DNA of 64,000 nucleotides, taken from sequence record OP557970.1. One strand, given 5' to 3'. The DNA is from Escherichia phage ph0021. How positions within the stretch are numbered: position 1 is the stretch's first letter; each line of letters begins with the position of its first letter. Shown here one piece after another: positions 21,939 through 31,056 of the stretch. A program made the translations under genes and the position numbers. The notes under the pieces are model-generated. The model saw only the letters and a list, made by a program, of their open reading frames with translations, searched no databases and was not told the DNA's origin.

Positions 21939-23117
21939 TTAAAAGTATTTTTTAAAACTCATCATAACTTTATCATCAACATCATTATCAATCTGTGCAA
22001 CAAGGTAAGATGACAATTCTACTTCTTGTGGCGCAGATTGAACATTATCAGAATTAAGATATTCACGAATCCAAGGATATGGATGTTTAACCGGAGCATC
22101 GGTAATTGGGCATGGAAGACCACACTGTTTCATACGAGATACAGTTAAGTAATCAATAAAGCTCCACATGCTATTTGTATTTAATCCAGGAACATCGCCA
22201 TCTTTAAATAAATGAACTGCCCAGTCTTTTTCCTGGCGGTTAACTTCCATGAAAATATCAACTGCTTCTTGTTCACACTCTTGAGCAATTTTAACCCATT
22301 CATCGCCATCAGTACCGGATTGAAGCTGACGAATAATATATTGGGTGCCTTTAAGGTGAAGCTGCTCATCACGTGCAATGAACTTCATAATCTTGGCATT
22401 ACCTTCCATGATTTCCATGTTCTTATGGAAGTTAAAGGTACATGCAAAAGATACATAAAAACGAATAGCTTCCAATGCGTTGATTACATGCAAACAGAGG
22501 TAAAGAGATTTCATTAGCTCACGCTTCCAATATGTCTCATGCTCAATAGCATCTTCAATAACGTCTTCGTCTGCATTAATTTCTTTTTGGTATTCGATAT
22601 CAGCTTTAGCGTTTTCCCAATAACGAGTTTTAGTCAGAACATCATCATAATAACGTCCAATGGATTCAGCACGTTTCATAATAGCTTCATCTAATACAAT
22701 CTCATCAAATACCTTTGACGGATCAGTATAAAGATTTCGCATGATATGGGTATATGAACGGCTGTGAATAGTTTCACTAAAAGTCCATGTAGCAACCCAT
22801 GTATCAAGACTTGGGTCTGAAATTAACGACATAAGTACAGCAGACGGTGCACGACCTTGAATGCTATCTAGAAGTGATTGATACTTCAGGTTATTAGTAA
22901 AAATATCTTGCTGATATTGAGGAAGCTTGTTAAATTGCGCAGCATCCATCATTAAGTTTACTTCTTCAGGACGCCAGAAAAATGACAACTGCTTTTCGGT
23001 TAAATCTTCAAAAACTTTATGACGTTGAATATCGTAACGCGCAATACCAAGACCTGAACCGAAGAACATAGGTTCTTTTAAAACATCAACTGGATTTGTA
23101 TTAAAAACTGTAGACAT
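21939..23117 (-). CDS. nrdB: ribonucleotide reductase small subunit
   Basis: Continuous ORF with ferritin-like R2 fold residues; likely start MSTVFNTNPVD; no intron interruption visible. Confidence 0.9.
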   Translation of the reverse strand: MSTVFNTNPVDVLKEPMFFGSGLGIARYDIQRHKVFEDLTEKQLSFFWRPEEVNLMMDAAQFNKLPQYQQDIFTNNLKYQSLLDSIQGRAPSAVLMSLISDPSLDTWVATWTFSETIHSRSYTHIMRNLYTDPSKVFDEIVLDEAIMKRAESIGRYYDDVLTKTRYWENAKADIEYQKEINADEDVIEDAIEHETYWKRELMKSLYLCLHVINALEAIRFYVSFACTFNFHKNMEIMEGNAKIMKFIARDEQLHLKGTQYIIRQLQSGTDGDEWVKIAQECEQEAVDIFMEVNRQEKDWAVHLFKDGDVPGLNTNSMWSFIDYLTVSRMKQCGLPCPITDAPVKHPYPWIREYLNSDNVQSAPQEVELSSYLVAQIDNDVDDKVMMSFKKYF

Positions 23118-23848
23118 TAATTTTTCCTCTTTAAAATTCTGCCGCGTTTCCAACCTGGCGGTATAATATCATCTTTACCTATAAGCGTGCATTCACTTCC
23201 ATTATTAATCCATTTCTTACCGCGGATTCCTTTATAATCTCTTGGCTGTATTTTGTCAAACTTTGCGTCAAGCTGATATGCCCATCGAAATCCATAGGCA
23301 TATTGAAATTTACCCTCAGCACAATATTTGATATTTGACCCGTTTCCATTAACTGACCTGGACGCTGCGGCAATAGAGTGAAAGGTTTCTATGAAATCCC
23401 CATCTAATGAGAATTTATGTATTTCGATAGATGGGCATGCATACCTATTCACATTTGATACATGTTGTTTAGTTTCGTTTTTATGATGCTTGCCTAACAT
23501 TCCTCTAGGATGAGGATTATTTTTCCAATATTTCTTAAAGAAATCAGAATTAGCTTTAGCAAATAATTTTCTGTGCAAGCTATACAATCTGTTATTAATT
23601 CTATTACCAGCTTTATCTGTTGCCATTAACGTTAACGCAGAGGCAAGACCAAAATGGCCTTCATTTATCTTGCATAGTAATAGATGCGCTATAAAATGTT
23701 CTCTAGCTGTTAATTCAACTAAATTTTCTTTATCATCAGAACCTCCCATGCATTTAGGGACTATATGATGTGTCTCTTTATATTCGGATAAAGGTTCCCG
23801 AGCCTGAGCTCGGGAAATTAGGTCATTATAGATTTTTTGATAATTCAT
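23117..23848 (-). CDS. HNH homing endonuclease (MobE-like)
   Basis: 243 aa; His-Me finger motif HHIVPKCMGGSDDKENLVELTAREHFIAH; sits between nrdA and nrdB where T4 carries mobE. Confidence 0.75.
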   Translation of the reverse strand: MNYQKIYNDLISRAQAREPLSEYKETHHIVPKCMGGSDDKENLVELTAREHFIAHLLLCKINEGHFGLASALTLMATDKAGNRINNRLYSLHRKLFAKANSDFFKKYWKNNPHPRGMLGKHHKNETKQHVSNVNRYACPSIEIHKFSLDGDFIETFHSIAAASRSVNGNGSNIKYCAEGKFQYAYGFRWAYQLDAKFDKIQPRDYKGIRGKKWINNGSECTLIGKDDIIPPGWKRGRILKRKN

Positions 23849-26112
23849 TACAATTTACACGCTGCACAATCGTCGGCTTTAGGAGTTTCTATTTCATAAT
23901 CATCAGTACCAGAACCATCACGGGTATTATGATAATAGAAATTTTTAATGCCATAATACCATCCGTATAGCATGTCATCAATCATTATTGACATTGGAAC
24001 CTTTCCTTTTGGAAAAATCTGCGGGTCATAATATGTATTCGCTGAAGCTGATTGACATACCCATTTCAGCATAATAGCTACCTGCGTAAGATAAGGTTTA
24101 TTACCTTTCTTAGCTAATTTCCATGTATAATCATAGAGGTCTATGTTATGCTCAATATTGGGCACGACTTGATTAAAGGAACCCTCTTTTGATTCTTTAA
24201 CAGAGACTGGTCCACGTGGAGGCTCGATACCGTTTGTACTGTTAGAAACTTGGGAAGATGACTCACATGGCATAAGTGCTGATAATGTGCTATTACGGAT
24301 GCCAAAGAGCTTAAGGTCTTCCCGCAGCGCCGACCAGTCACAAACGTATTTTGGAGCTGCGATTTGGTCAATCTTTTTATTGTACCAGTCGATAGGTAAT
24401 TCGCCTCGAGACCAACGAGTGTCTGAATAATATTCGCAAGGTCCTTTTTCTTTGGCGAGCTTAATGGATGCTTTAATGAGTCCATACTGTAATCTCTCAA
24501 ATAGTTCATGTGTTAAATCGTTAGCATCTTCATAAGAAGCAAAGTTACTTGCCAGCCAAGCTGCATAGTTAGTAACACCTACACCGAGGTTACGACGCTT
24601 TTTAGCTTTTTCTGCTTCAGGAACTGGATATCCTTGGTAATCCAAAAGATTATCAAGAGCACGAACTTGGACTTCTGCCAATTCATTAATTTTATCTTGG
24701 TCTTGCCAGTCAAAATTATCCAGTACGAATGCAGAGAGAGTACACAATCCAATTTCAGCATCAGGACTATTCACATCATTTGTTGGAATAGCAATTTCAC
24801 AACACAAGTTACTCTGACGAATAGGTGCCTTTTCACGAATAAACGGAGTATAATTATTCGTATTATCGATGAACTGCACATAAATCCTTGCTGTTCCTGA
24901 GCGTTCAGTCATGAGCAATTCAAATAGTTCACGGGCTTTAATGCGCTTTTTACGAATATTAGGGTCTTTTTCTGCTGCTTCGTATAATTCGCGGAAACGG
25001 TCTTGGTCTTTAAAATAAGAATAATAAAGCTCGCCACCCATTTCATGCGGACTGAACAAAGTAATGTAGTCGTTCTTTCCAAAACGTTCCATCATCAAAT
25101 CATTCAGCTGGACGCCATAATCCATATGACGGATACGGTTTTCTTCTACACCTTTGTTATTTTTCAAAACGAGAAGATTTTCAACTTCCAAATGCCAAAT
25201 AGGATAATAAGCAGTAGCAGCGCCGCCACGAATTCCACCCTGTGAGCATGATTTAACAGCAGTCTGAAAATGTTTCCAAAAAGGAATAACACCAGTATGG
25301 CGTACTTCACCCATGCCAATCTTGGAACCTTCGGCACGAATCATACCAACGTTAATACCAATTCCAGCACGTTTGGAGATATATTCAACAATTGAAGCGG
25401 AAGCCTTATTGATAGACTTTAATGAATCACCTGCCTCAATAACAACACATGAACTAAACTGTCGAGTCGGAGTACGACAACCAGCCATAATAGGAGTTGG
25501 TAATGAAATCTGTCGAGTAGATACTGCTTCATAAAAATGAATAACATGTTTTAATCTATCAACAGGTTCATCTTGATGCAATGCCATTCCAATAGTCATA
25601 AATGCAAACTGTGGAGTTTCATAAATTTGACCAGTGGTTTTATCTTTAACTAGATATTTTTCTTTTAATTGCATCGCCCCGGAATAAGTAAATTCCATAT
25701 CCCGCTCATGCTTAATTTTTGATTCTAAAAATGTAATTTCTTCTGCTGAATATTTTGACAATAATTCAGGGTCATATTTACCTTCATTTACACAGTAAGA
25801 AATATGGTCAATAAATGAACATGGTTCATACTGTCCGTACACATGTTTACGAAGAGCGAACATTAGACAACGTGCAGCTACATATTGATAATCAGGCTCT
25901 TCAACCGAAATAGAATTCGCAGCGGCCTTAATGACAATAGTCTGAATATCATCAGTTGTCATTCCATCACGGAGATAAGATTTAATATTTTCATATAATT
26001 CATAAGGATCGACTGATGTTCCTTCAGCTGCCCAAGATAAAACTTTAATAATTTTTTGTGGGTCAAAGCTCTGAGAAACACCACTACTTTTGATAACATT
26101 AATTAATTGCAT
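23848..26112 (-). CDS. nrdA: ribonucleotide reductase large subunit
   Basis: 754 aa, same as T4 NrdA; class I RNR motifs. Confidence 0.95.
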   Translation of the reverse strand: MQLINVIKSSGVSQSFDPQKIIKVLSWAAEGTSVDPYELYENIKSYLRDGMTTDDIQTIVIKAAANSISVEEPDYQYVAARCLMFALRKHVYGQYEPCSFIDHISYCVNEGKYDPELLSKYSAEEITFLESKIKHERDMEFTYSGAMQLKEKYLVKDKTTGQIYETPQFAFMTIGMALHQDEPVDRLKHVIHFYEAVSTRQISLPTPIMAGCRTPTRQFSSCVVIEAGDSLKSINKASASIVEYISKRAGIGINVGMIRAEGSKIGMGEVRHTGVIPFWKHFQTAVKSCSQGGIRGGAATAYYPIWHLEVENLLVLKNNKGVEENRIRHMDYGVQLNDLMMERFGKNDYITLFSPHEMGGELYYSYFKDQDRFRELYEAAEKDPNIRKKRIKARELFELLMTERSGTARIYVQFIDNTNNYTPFIREKAPIRQSNLCCEIAIPTNDVNSPDAEIGLCTLSAFVLDNFDWQDQDKINELAEVQVRALDNLLDYQGYPVPEAEKAKKRRNLGVGVTNYAAWLASNFASYEDANDLTHELFERLQYGLIKASIKLAKEKGPCEYYSDTRWSRGELPIDWYNKKIDQIAAPKYVCDWSALREDLKLFGIRNSTLSALMPCESSSQVSNSTNGIEPPRGPVSVKESKEGSFNQVVPNIEHNIDLYDYTWKLAKKGNKPYLTQVAIMLKWVCQSASANTYYDPQIFPKGKVPMSIMIDDMLYGWYYGIKNFYYHNTRDGSGTDDYEIETPKADDCAACKL

Positions 26113-26429
26113 AAGTCCTCAACTTGAAAATCGTCTTTAAACAATCGGTTAACTATATGAGCTATTATATCACCATGACACGGCTTTGGTTTACATGTGC
26201 ATCCTAGCCTCATTCCACGTAAAGGCTCTAAATGTGCTTTAGTTATTTCTCCGGATTTAATTCGACGTATAAAATCTTTTTTGAATAATTCAATGGCAGC
26301 CTCCCGGCTGCCAGCATCTTTACCGACGTAATTTCCCCAAAATGTACCACGGTGAATATTAACATCAAAGTCGGATTTATATTTATTCACTACTCGGCAT
26401 ATACGGCCTGCGCGGTTGTAGGTGTTCAT
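26103..26429 (-). CDS. hypothetical Cys/His-motif protein (nrdA.1 position)
   Basis: 108 aa; C-terminal [13 protein letters not shown] motif. Confidence 0.4.
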   Translation of the reverse strand: MNTYNRAGRICRVVNKYKSDFDVNIHRGTFWGNYVGKDAGSREAAIELFKKDFIRRIKSGEITKAHLEPLRGMRLGCTCKPKPCHGDIIAHIVNRLFKDDFQVEDLCN

Positions 26430-26646
26430 ATTGTTCTTCCGTTAAAACAGTAATATCGTAGTAACAGTCAGAAGAAGTTTTAACTGTGGAAATTTTATTA
26501 TCAAAATACTCACGGGTCATTTTATGAGTATAATATTTTTTGCCATAAATGATAATAGGCTGATTTGGTCCTGGAACTTCTAACTCGCTTGGGTTAGGAA
26601 GTGTAAAAAGAACTACACCAGAAGTATCTTTAAATCGTAAAATCAT
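26383..26646 (-). CDS. hypothetical protein (nrdA.2 position)
   Basis: 87 aa ORF. Confidence 0.35.
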   Translation of the reverse strand: MILRFKDTSGVVLFTLPNPSELEVPGPNQPIIIYGKKYYTHKMTREYFDNKISTVKTSSDCYYDITVLTEEQYEHLQPRRPYMPSSE

Positions 26647-26669
26647 AAATCCTCACAATTAAATTAAAA

Positions 26670-26984
26670 TTACACCGCCATTTTTCCTTTCAAGACGCCG
26701 TGGGACTGATAATCTTTGAGAACGAAATCTTTAGGCCTGAGTTTAAGAATGTATTCCAATTGTTCTTTAGTAGAAAGATAGCGGAATTTATAAGGCAATC
26801 CGCCTATTATCAGTTCACAAAGCTCTTTAGGTTCACGACGCAAAATTTCTTTACATTGTTCTACGTGATTCATATAGATATGAGTATTACCGCCAGAAAA
26901 TATCAAATCTCCAGGAATAAGATTACACATCTTAGCTACAATATGAACTAACGCAGCATATGATGCAATATTAAATGGAAGCAT
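26670..26984 (-). pseudogene. td: thymidylate synthase exon 2 only (td remnant)
   Basis: Translation LPFNIASYAALVHIVAKMCNLIPGDLIFSGGNTHIYMNH is the TS C-terminal third; the apparent start ATG lies in intron-derived sequence; no exon 1 found in the window. Confidence 0.75.
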
Positions 26985-27128
26985 TATGTTCAGATAAGGT
27001 CGTTAATCTTACCCCGGAATTATATCCAGCTGCATGTCACCATGCAGATCAGACTATATCTCCAACTTGTTAAAGCAAGTTGTCTATCGTTTCGAGTCAC
27101 TTGACCCTACTCCCCAAAGGGATAGTCG
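26985..27128 (-). mobile_element. 3' portion of td group I intron (remnant)
   Basis: Non-coding, structured GC-rich segment between the td exon 2 splice junction and an ORF ending in the I-TevI C-terminus. Confidence 0.55.
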
Positions 27129-27380
27129 TTAGGCATTTATGTAGAACCAATTCCATTTATCAGATTTTACACGATAAGTAACTAATCCAGACGAAATTTT
27201 AAAATGTCTAGCTGCATCTGCTGCACAATCAAAAATAACCCCATCACATTCATCTTCCCATCCCATATCACGTAAAAGATGTTCAGCTTTTTCAACGAGT
27301 TCAGAATCTTTACCAATGATATTAAAATACCATTTACCTCTAACTTCTGAATCTTTGATGCTCTGACGTTGTAATCTCAT
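27129..27380 (-). CDS. chimeric ORF carrying the I-TevI C-terminal HTH DNA-binding domain
   Basis: 83 aa; last ~39 aa CDGVIFDCAADAARHFKISSGLVTYRVKSDKWNWFYINA match the I-TevI C-terminus; N-terminal 44 aa unrelated; own early promoter and AAGGAG RBS. Confidence 0.6.
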   Translation of the reverse strand: MRLQRQSIKDSEVRGKWYFNIIGKDSELVEKAEHLLRDMGWEDECDGVIFDCAADAARHFKISSGLVTYRVKSDKWNWFYINA

Positions 27381-27399
27381 TTTATTCTCCTTAGTTGAT

Positions 27400-27435
27400 A
27401 GGGTAATAGTATCACACTACTACCCTTCCGTAAAC
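27400..27435 (-). promoter_or_regulatory. T4-type early promoter
   Basis: GTTTAC (27430..27435) and GATACTAT -10 on minus strand. Confidence 0.55.
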
Positions 27436-27800
27436 TACTTTTTGAAAGTTTTTCGCAAAAGTTCAATGATTTCATCTACATTGTTTTCGTCTACAATGCA
27501 GTGAATTTTTGTTACGCCAGAAATCTTGTCTTCGACTTCATCTTCTTCAAAAGTCGATTCTTTATACTCACGAAAACAATGAAATTCATCTTCACAGACG
27601 TTGAAGTAAAAATGCTTTCCATTTGCGCATTTAATGTGTTTTATTACTCTAAATCCATCAGCAGAGAAAGCTTCTTTAACTTCAAACCATCCGCCATTAT
27701 CTCGAATAATTTTAACTATTGATGAATTAGAACGTGGGCGATAATTAATAAATGTATCAATAAGTCTTGGAACAAGCTCATACTTTTTGCCAATATACAT
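27435..27800 (-). CDS. hypothetical protein (frd.2-like position)
   Basis: 121 aa ORF. Confidence 0.4.
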   Translation of the reverse strand: MYIGKKYELVPRLIDTFINYRPRSNSSIVKIIRDNGGWFEVKEAFSADGFRVIKHIKCANGKHFYFNVCEDEFHCFREYKESTFEEDEVEDKISGVTKIHCIVDENNVDEIIELLRKTFKK

Positions 27801-27844
27801 TACGTTTTCCTCATTTTAATAGGGGCTTTATAGCCCCTTAATAA

Positions 27845-28096
27845 TTATTGTTCAATCAGTCCCATGTAAAATTCTGCGTCTTCAGAATCCATGCCATCAC
27901 AATATTCATTAGCCATAAAGCGGGTGAGGTCTTCAAGAGGACCTTCAATGACAATAGAAAAATTGCAATAATTGGGATCATCATGAATACTTGTGATACT
28001 AAGTTCAGGATAACGATTACGAATAATTTCTTCAATATATTCAAAATCAACGATGTCAATATCAACTTTAGCCATATTATTTTCCTCTTTAATCAT
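27845..28096 (-). CDS. hypothetical acidic protein (frd.3-like position)
   Basis: 83 aa ORF with its own early promoter. Confidence 0.4.
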   Translation of the reverse strand: MIKEENNMAKVDIDIVDFEYIEEIIRNRYPELSITSIHDDPNYCNFSIVIEGPLEDLTRFMANEYCDGMDSEDAEFYMGLIEQ

Positions 28097-28114
28097 CAGC
28101 AGTATTGCCGATAG

Positions 28115-28148
28115 TTGTATAGTACCATAAAGCTTTATGCTTGTAAAC
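28115..28148 (-). promoter_or_regulatory. T4-type early promoter with A/T-rich UP element
   Basis: GTTTACA (28143..28148), TATACA-like -10, upstream ttttgtgaaaaaattttgaaataaaaaa; near-repeat of 45390..45450. Confidence 0.55.
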
Positions 28149-28164
28149 CGTTTTGTGAAAAAAT

Positions 28165-28197
28165 TTTGAAATAAAAAAGGGGACCTCTAGGGTCCCC
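28165..28197 (-). terminator. rho-independent terminator after gene 32
   Basis: Hairpin ggggacctctagggtcccc followed by U-run on the minus-strand transcript. Confidence 0.65.
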
Positions 28198-28219
28198 AAT
28201 TAATTAGTAATATAATCTA

Positions 28220-29128
28220 TTAAAGGTCATTCAAAAGGTCATCCAGGTCCGTGTCATCAGCACTAGATGAACTGCCAGAGCTTGAGCTCATAAAATCATC
28301 TTCAGTTTTTGTTTTGAAGTCATCAACATTGAATGCATCCAAATCATCAGCAACTTTATCAGCTTTCTTAGCGGCAGTTGCTGCGGCACCACCCATAGCA
28401 GCAGTTCCCATAACTTGACTGAACTTAGTGCTCAGTTCTTCAAACGATTTGAATTTATCTTTAGAAGTCATTTCAGAAAGGTCAACCATTTGTTCGAACA
28501 GTTCTTTCTGGAAAGATTCATCATCAATGTTTGGAATCGCAGATTGATTCAGGAATTTAGATTCGTCGTAGTTACTAAAACCAGAAACTTGTTTAACTTT
28601 CAGTACAAAGTTAGCACCTTCCCACGGACAAGTTACATCAACCGGAGTTTCACCCATTTCAACATCAACTGCAATCATTGCATTGATTTTATCCCAGATT
28701 TTCTTACCGAAACGGTATTTAAATACTTTGCCTTCATTTTCTGGAGCAGCTGGGTCTTTTACTACAAGAATGTTAGCCCAGTAAGAAGTTTTACGTTTAA
28801 CAAGACCGTACTCTTTATTGTCAGTATTATACAAATCATTTTTACTGATGTACTGACATACTGGACAAGAATCGTAATCACCGTAGGTAGATGAGCATGT
28901 TTCGATATACCATTTACCATTTTTCTTGAAACCGTGATTTACAAGAAGTGCAAATGGTGCTTGTTCATCATTTTTAGACGGAAGAAAACGAATTACTGCT
29001 TGACCGTTACCCGCATTATCGAGTTTCAGTTTCCACTCGCCTTTATCTTCAGAAGAAAAACCACCTTTATTTCCAGCCAGTTTAGCCATTTGTGCAGCGA
29101 GTTCAGCAGTAGATTTACGTTTAAACAT
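28220..29128 (-). CDS. 32: single-stranded DNA-binding protein gp32
   Basis: 302 aa; [18 protein letters not shown]-terminus and acidic C-terminal tail [22 protein letters not shown] as in T4 gp32. Confidence 0.95.
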   Translation of the reverse strand: MFKRKSTAELAAQMAKLAGNKGGFSSEDKGEWKLKLDNAGNGQAVIRFLPSKNDEQAPFALLVNHGFKKNGKWYIETCSSTYGDYDSCPVCQYISKNDLYNTDNKEYGLVKRKTSYWANILVVKDPAAPENEGKVFKYRFGKKIWDKINAMIAVDVEMGETPVDVTCPWEGANFVLKVKQVSGFSNYDESKFLNQSAIPNIDDESFQKELFEQMVDLSEMTSKDKFKSFEELSTKFSQVMGTAAMGGAAATAAKKADKVADDLDAFNVDDFKTKTEDDFMSSSSGSSSSADDTDLDDLLNDL

Positions 29129-29190
29129 TTTTATTTCCTTTTTAATTTAATTAACAGTTGGTGCTATGACACTTTACCTCATAGCTGGCA
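29129..29190 (-). promoter_or_regulatory. gene 32 autoregulatory translational operator (AU-rich leader plus pseudoknot)
   Basis: Leader reads uuaauuaaauuaaaaaggaaauaaaaAUG, preceded by pseudoknot-forming gccagcuaugagguaaagugucauagcacc. Confidence 0.6.
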
Positions 29191-29811
29191 TAATTCACAA
29201 TACTCTGGGTCTTCGAGAGGTATCCAACCTGAGTTGAAATACTTTACCATCGATTTAGCAGTTGTATCAGTTATATTTATATTACCCTTAACTCTTCGCC
29301 ATCCAGGAGTTTTACCGTACAGATTAGAGGATAATAATAACACATAATTCTCGTAAGCAATATGAGATAATTTCCAAGACTCTATATTAGCTCGTGATGT
29401 TTTCCAAGGTCTAAAATCGTCACGGTTCATATAATTAGCCAATCTCATATGCTCTCTAACTTCCGGGTCTTTGGCTGGATGAGTTTCACCACTCACACCA
29501 AATCCGCCGCCAGCATATACCAGATTAAAATAGTCTGGATTATCTCTGGCATTTACTTCAAGTTGGTATTTTCGCTCTGCTTCAATAACATCCAAATCAT
29601 CATCAATTTGAATTATTTTAACGCTCGGTTTTTGAAGCATTACCGCATTTAAAAATCTTTTTTGTTTACATGAGCTCCAGTATTCCTTTCCGGAAGAGTC
29701 ATATATTATTCCATTCTCAAATGAGCAATTTAATTTACTACCGATATAGTAGTACGGCGGAGTCTTATTTTTGACACGGTCTTCAAATGTAAACCAATAT
29801 ACTATATTCAT
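29179..29811 (-). CDS. GIY-YIG homing endonuclease (SegG-like)
   Basis: 210 aa; N-terminal IVYWFTF...YYIGSK resembles a GIY-YIG motif; located between 32 and 59 where T4 has segG. Confidence 0.55.
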   Translation of the reverse strand: MNIVYWFTFEDRVKNKTPPYYYIGSKLNCSFENGIIYDSSGKEYWSSCKQKRFLNAVMLQKPSVKIIQIDDDLDVIEAERKYQLEVNARDNPDYFNLVYAGGGFGVSGETHPAKDPEVREHMRLANYMNRDDFRPWKTSRANIESWKLSHIAYENYVLLLSSNLYGKTPGWRRVKGNINITDTTAKSMVKYFNSGWIPLEDPEYCELCQL

Positions 29812-29812
29812 A

Positions 29813-30466
29813 TTAATACTTACAGGATTTCACAGTTTCAATGAAAACACTTTTGGCTTTCTGTGAATCAATATTTAAAATTTTTCTATAAGCTTTTAAC
29901 TTTATAGAATAATTATTCCAGACTAAATTATCAGTCTGTTCATCATGTTTATCAATTATATTTAAAAACGAATCAAGCAAGATAAACGTCTCAAACGAAA
30001 TTATATTCGATTGAAGTAGTTTAAAAATATAACTTGATTGAACTTTTGGATTATACTCAAAGATTTCTTTAAAAGCAGAAACTTCAACTTTTTTACTAAA
30101 ATAATAAATGTTGCGAATATCTTCTTCAAACTTAAATTTAATTTGCTTTAAGCGTCCGATATATTCACGATAAAACACAAGTGCATCAGCGTCAGAGATG
30201 TCACCAATCCAAGCATCTTGGTTAGCAACCAGATTGCTTATAAAGATTAAAGCAAGTTCCTTTAATTTATATTTTTCTGATAACTTCTGGAAAAAATACT
30301 TATCCCTTCGCTTTTGATAAGCGGCATCAGACACCCGCATGCACCAATTATACTTAATTACATCATACTTTCCATTCATATGTTGTTTTATCATTAAGTA
30401 TAATTTATAAACTGATTTACCATCAATATATCTTTCACCACCAGCAGGCATGCGGAGTTTAATCAT
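29813..30466 (-). CDS. 59: gp59 helicase loader
   Basis: 217 aa, T4 gp59 length and position. Confidence 0.85.
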   Translation of the reverse strand: MIKLRMPAGGERYIDGKSVYKLYLMIKQHMNGKYDVIKYNWCMRVSDAAYQKRRDKYFFQKLSEKYKLKELALIFISNLVANQDAWIGDISDADALVFYREYIGRLKQIKFKFEEDIRNIYYFSKKVEVSAFKEIFEYNPKVQSSYIFKLLQSNIISFETFILLDSFLNIIDKHDEQTDNLVWNNYSIKLKAYRKILNIDSQKAKSVFIETVKSCKY

Positions 30467-30801
30467 AGTAGAAAATCTAATGTATTAGTTTTTTCACAAC
30501 GAACAACAGAAGGACGTAAAAGATTTTCGTCAATAGCTTCTGACTGAATTTTTTCAATTATACCCGAAGGAATAAATTTAGCAAATTGAGTTTCAGGAAT
30601 AGAATTTTCTTCTAAAAATGCTGTTGTAGCTTCAAGATAACTCATTCCAAACTCTTCTACCATTTTTTCAATAATAAATCCATTTTCTTGACGATCAAGA
30701 AGCTTTGCTATTTCATCCTTTTCTTTCTTAATTGAAAGTTCTTTTTCTGAAAGACCGGTCTCATCGACCGGACGAATATCATTTAGAGAAAACTGTGTCA
30801 T
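30463..30801 (-). CDS. 33: gp33 late-transcription co-activator
   Basis: 112 aa from MTQFSLND; conserved position 59-33-dsbA. Confidence 0.75.
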   Translation of the reverse strand: MTQFSLNDIRPVDETGLSEKELSIKKEKDEIAKLLDRQENGFIIEKMVEEFGMSYLEATTAFLEENSIPETQFAKFIPSGIIEKIQSEAIDENLLRPSVVRCEKTNTLDFLL

Positions 30802-31048
30802 AAAGTTCAACTACCTCTTCGGTTTCAGCTTCAAACACATCACGGTTATCTTTATGATACAAAGCTAATAGACGATTAAACATCTTACCATCAACGCCAA
30901 GTTCATCTTTGGCACGAATTCGAATATCTTTAATCAGTTCATTATAACCGGAAATTTTCAGTTTATGATCAGATGCTTCTTTGATAAATTTAGCCAAGTC
31001 TTCGCCGTGGATAGCTTCATCAAATTCAACCATTTCTTTTTTAGCCAT
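30779..31048 (-). CDS. dsbA: DsbA dsDNA-binding late transcription protein
   Basis: 89 aa, T4 DsbA length and position. Confidence 0.75.
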   Translation of the reverse strand: MAKKEMVEFDEAIHGEDLAKFIKEASDHKLKISGYNELIKDIRIRAKDELGVDGKMFNRLLALYHKDNRDVFEAETEEVVELYDTVFSK

Positions 31049-31056
31049 TATTCACC

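Noticed and set aside
24141-24509. 122 aa minus-strand ORF
   Set aside because: Alternative frame wholly within nrdA; nrdA matches a known 754 aa protein, so this is not independent.
26670-27380. Intact td gene with a complete group I intron and I-TevI
   Set aside because: Only exon 2 and the I-TevI C-terminal tail are present; no exon 1, intron 5' half or GIY-YIG domain is found in any frame between nrdA.2 and gene 32.
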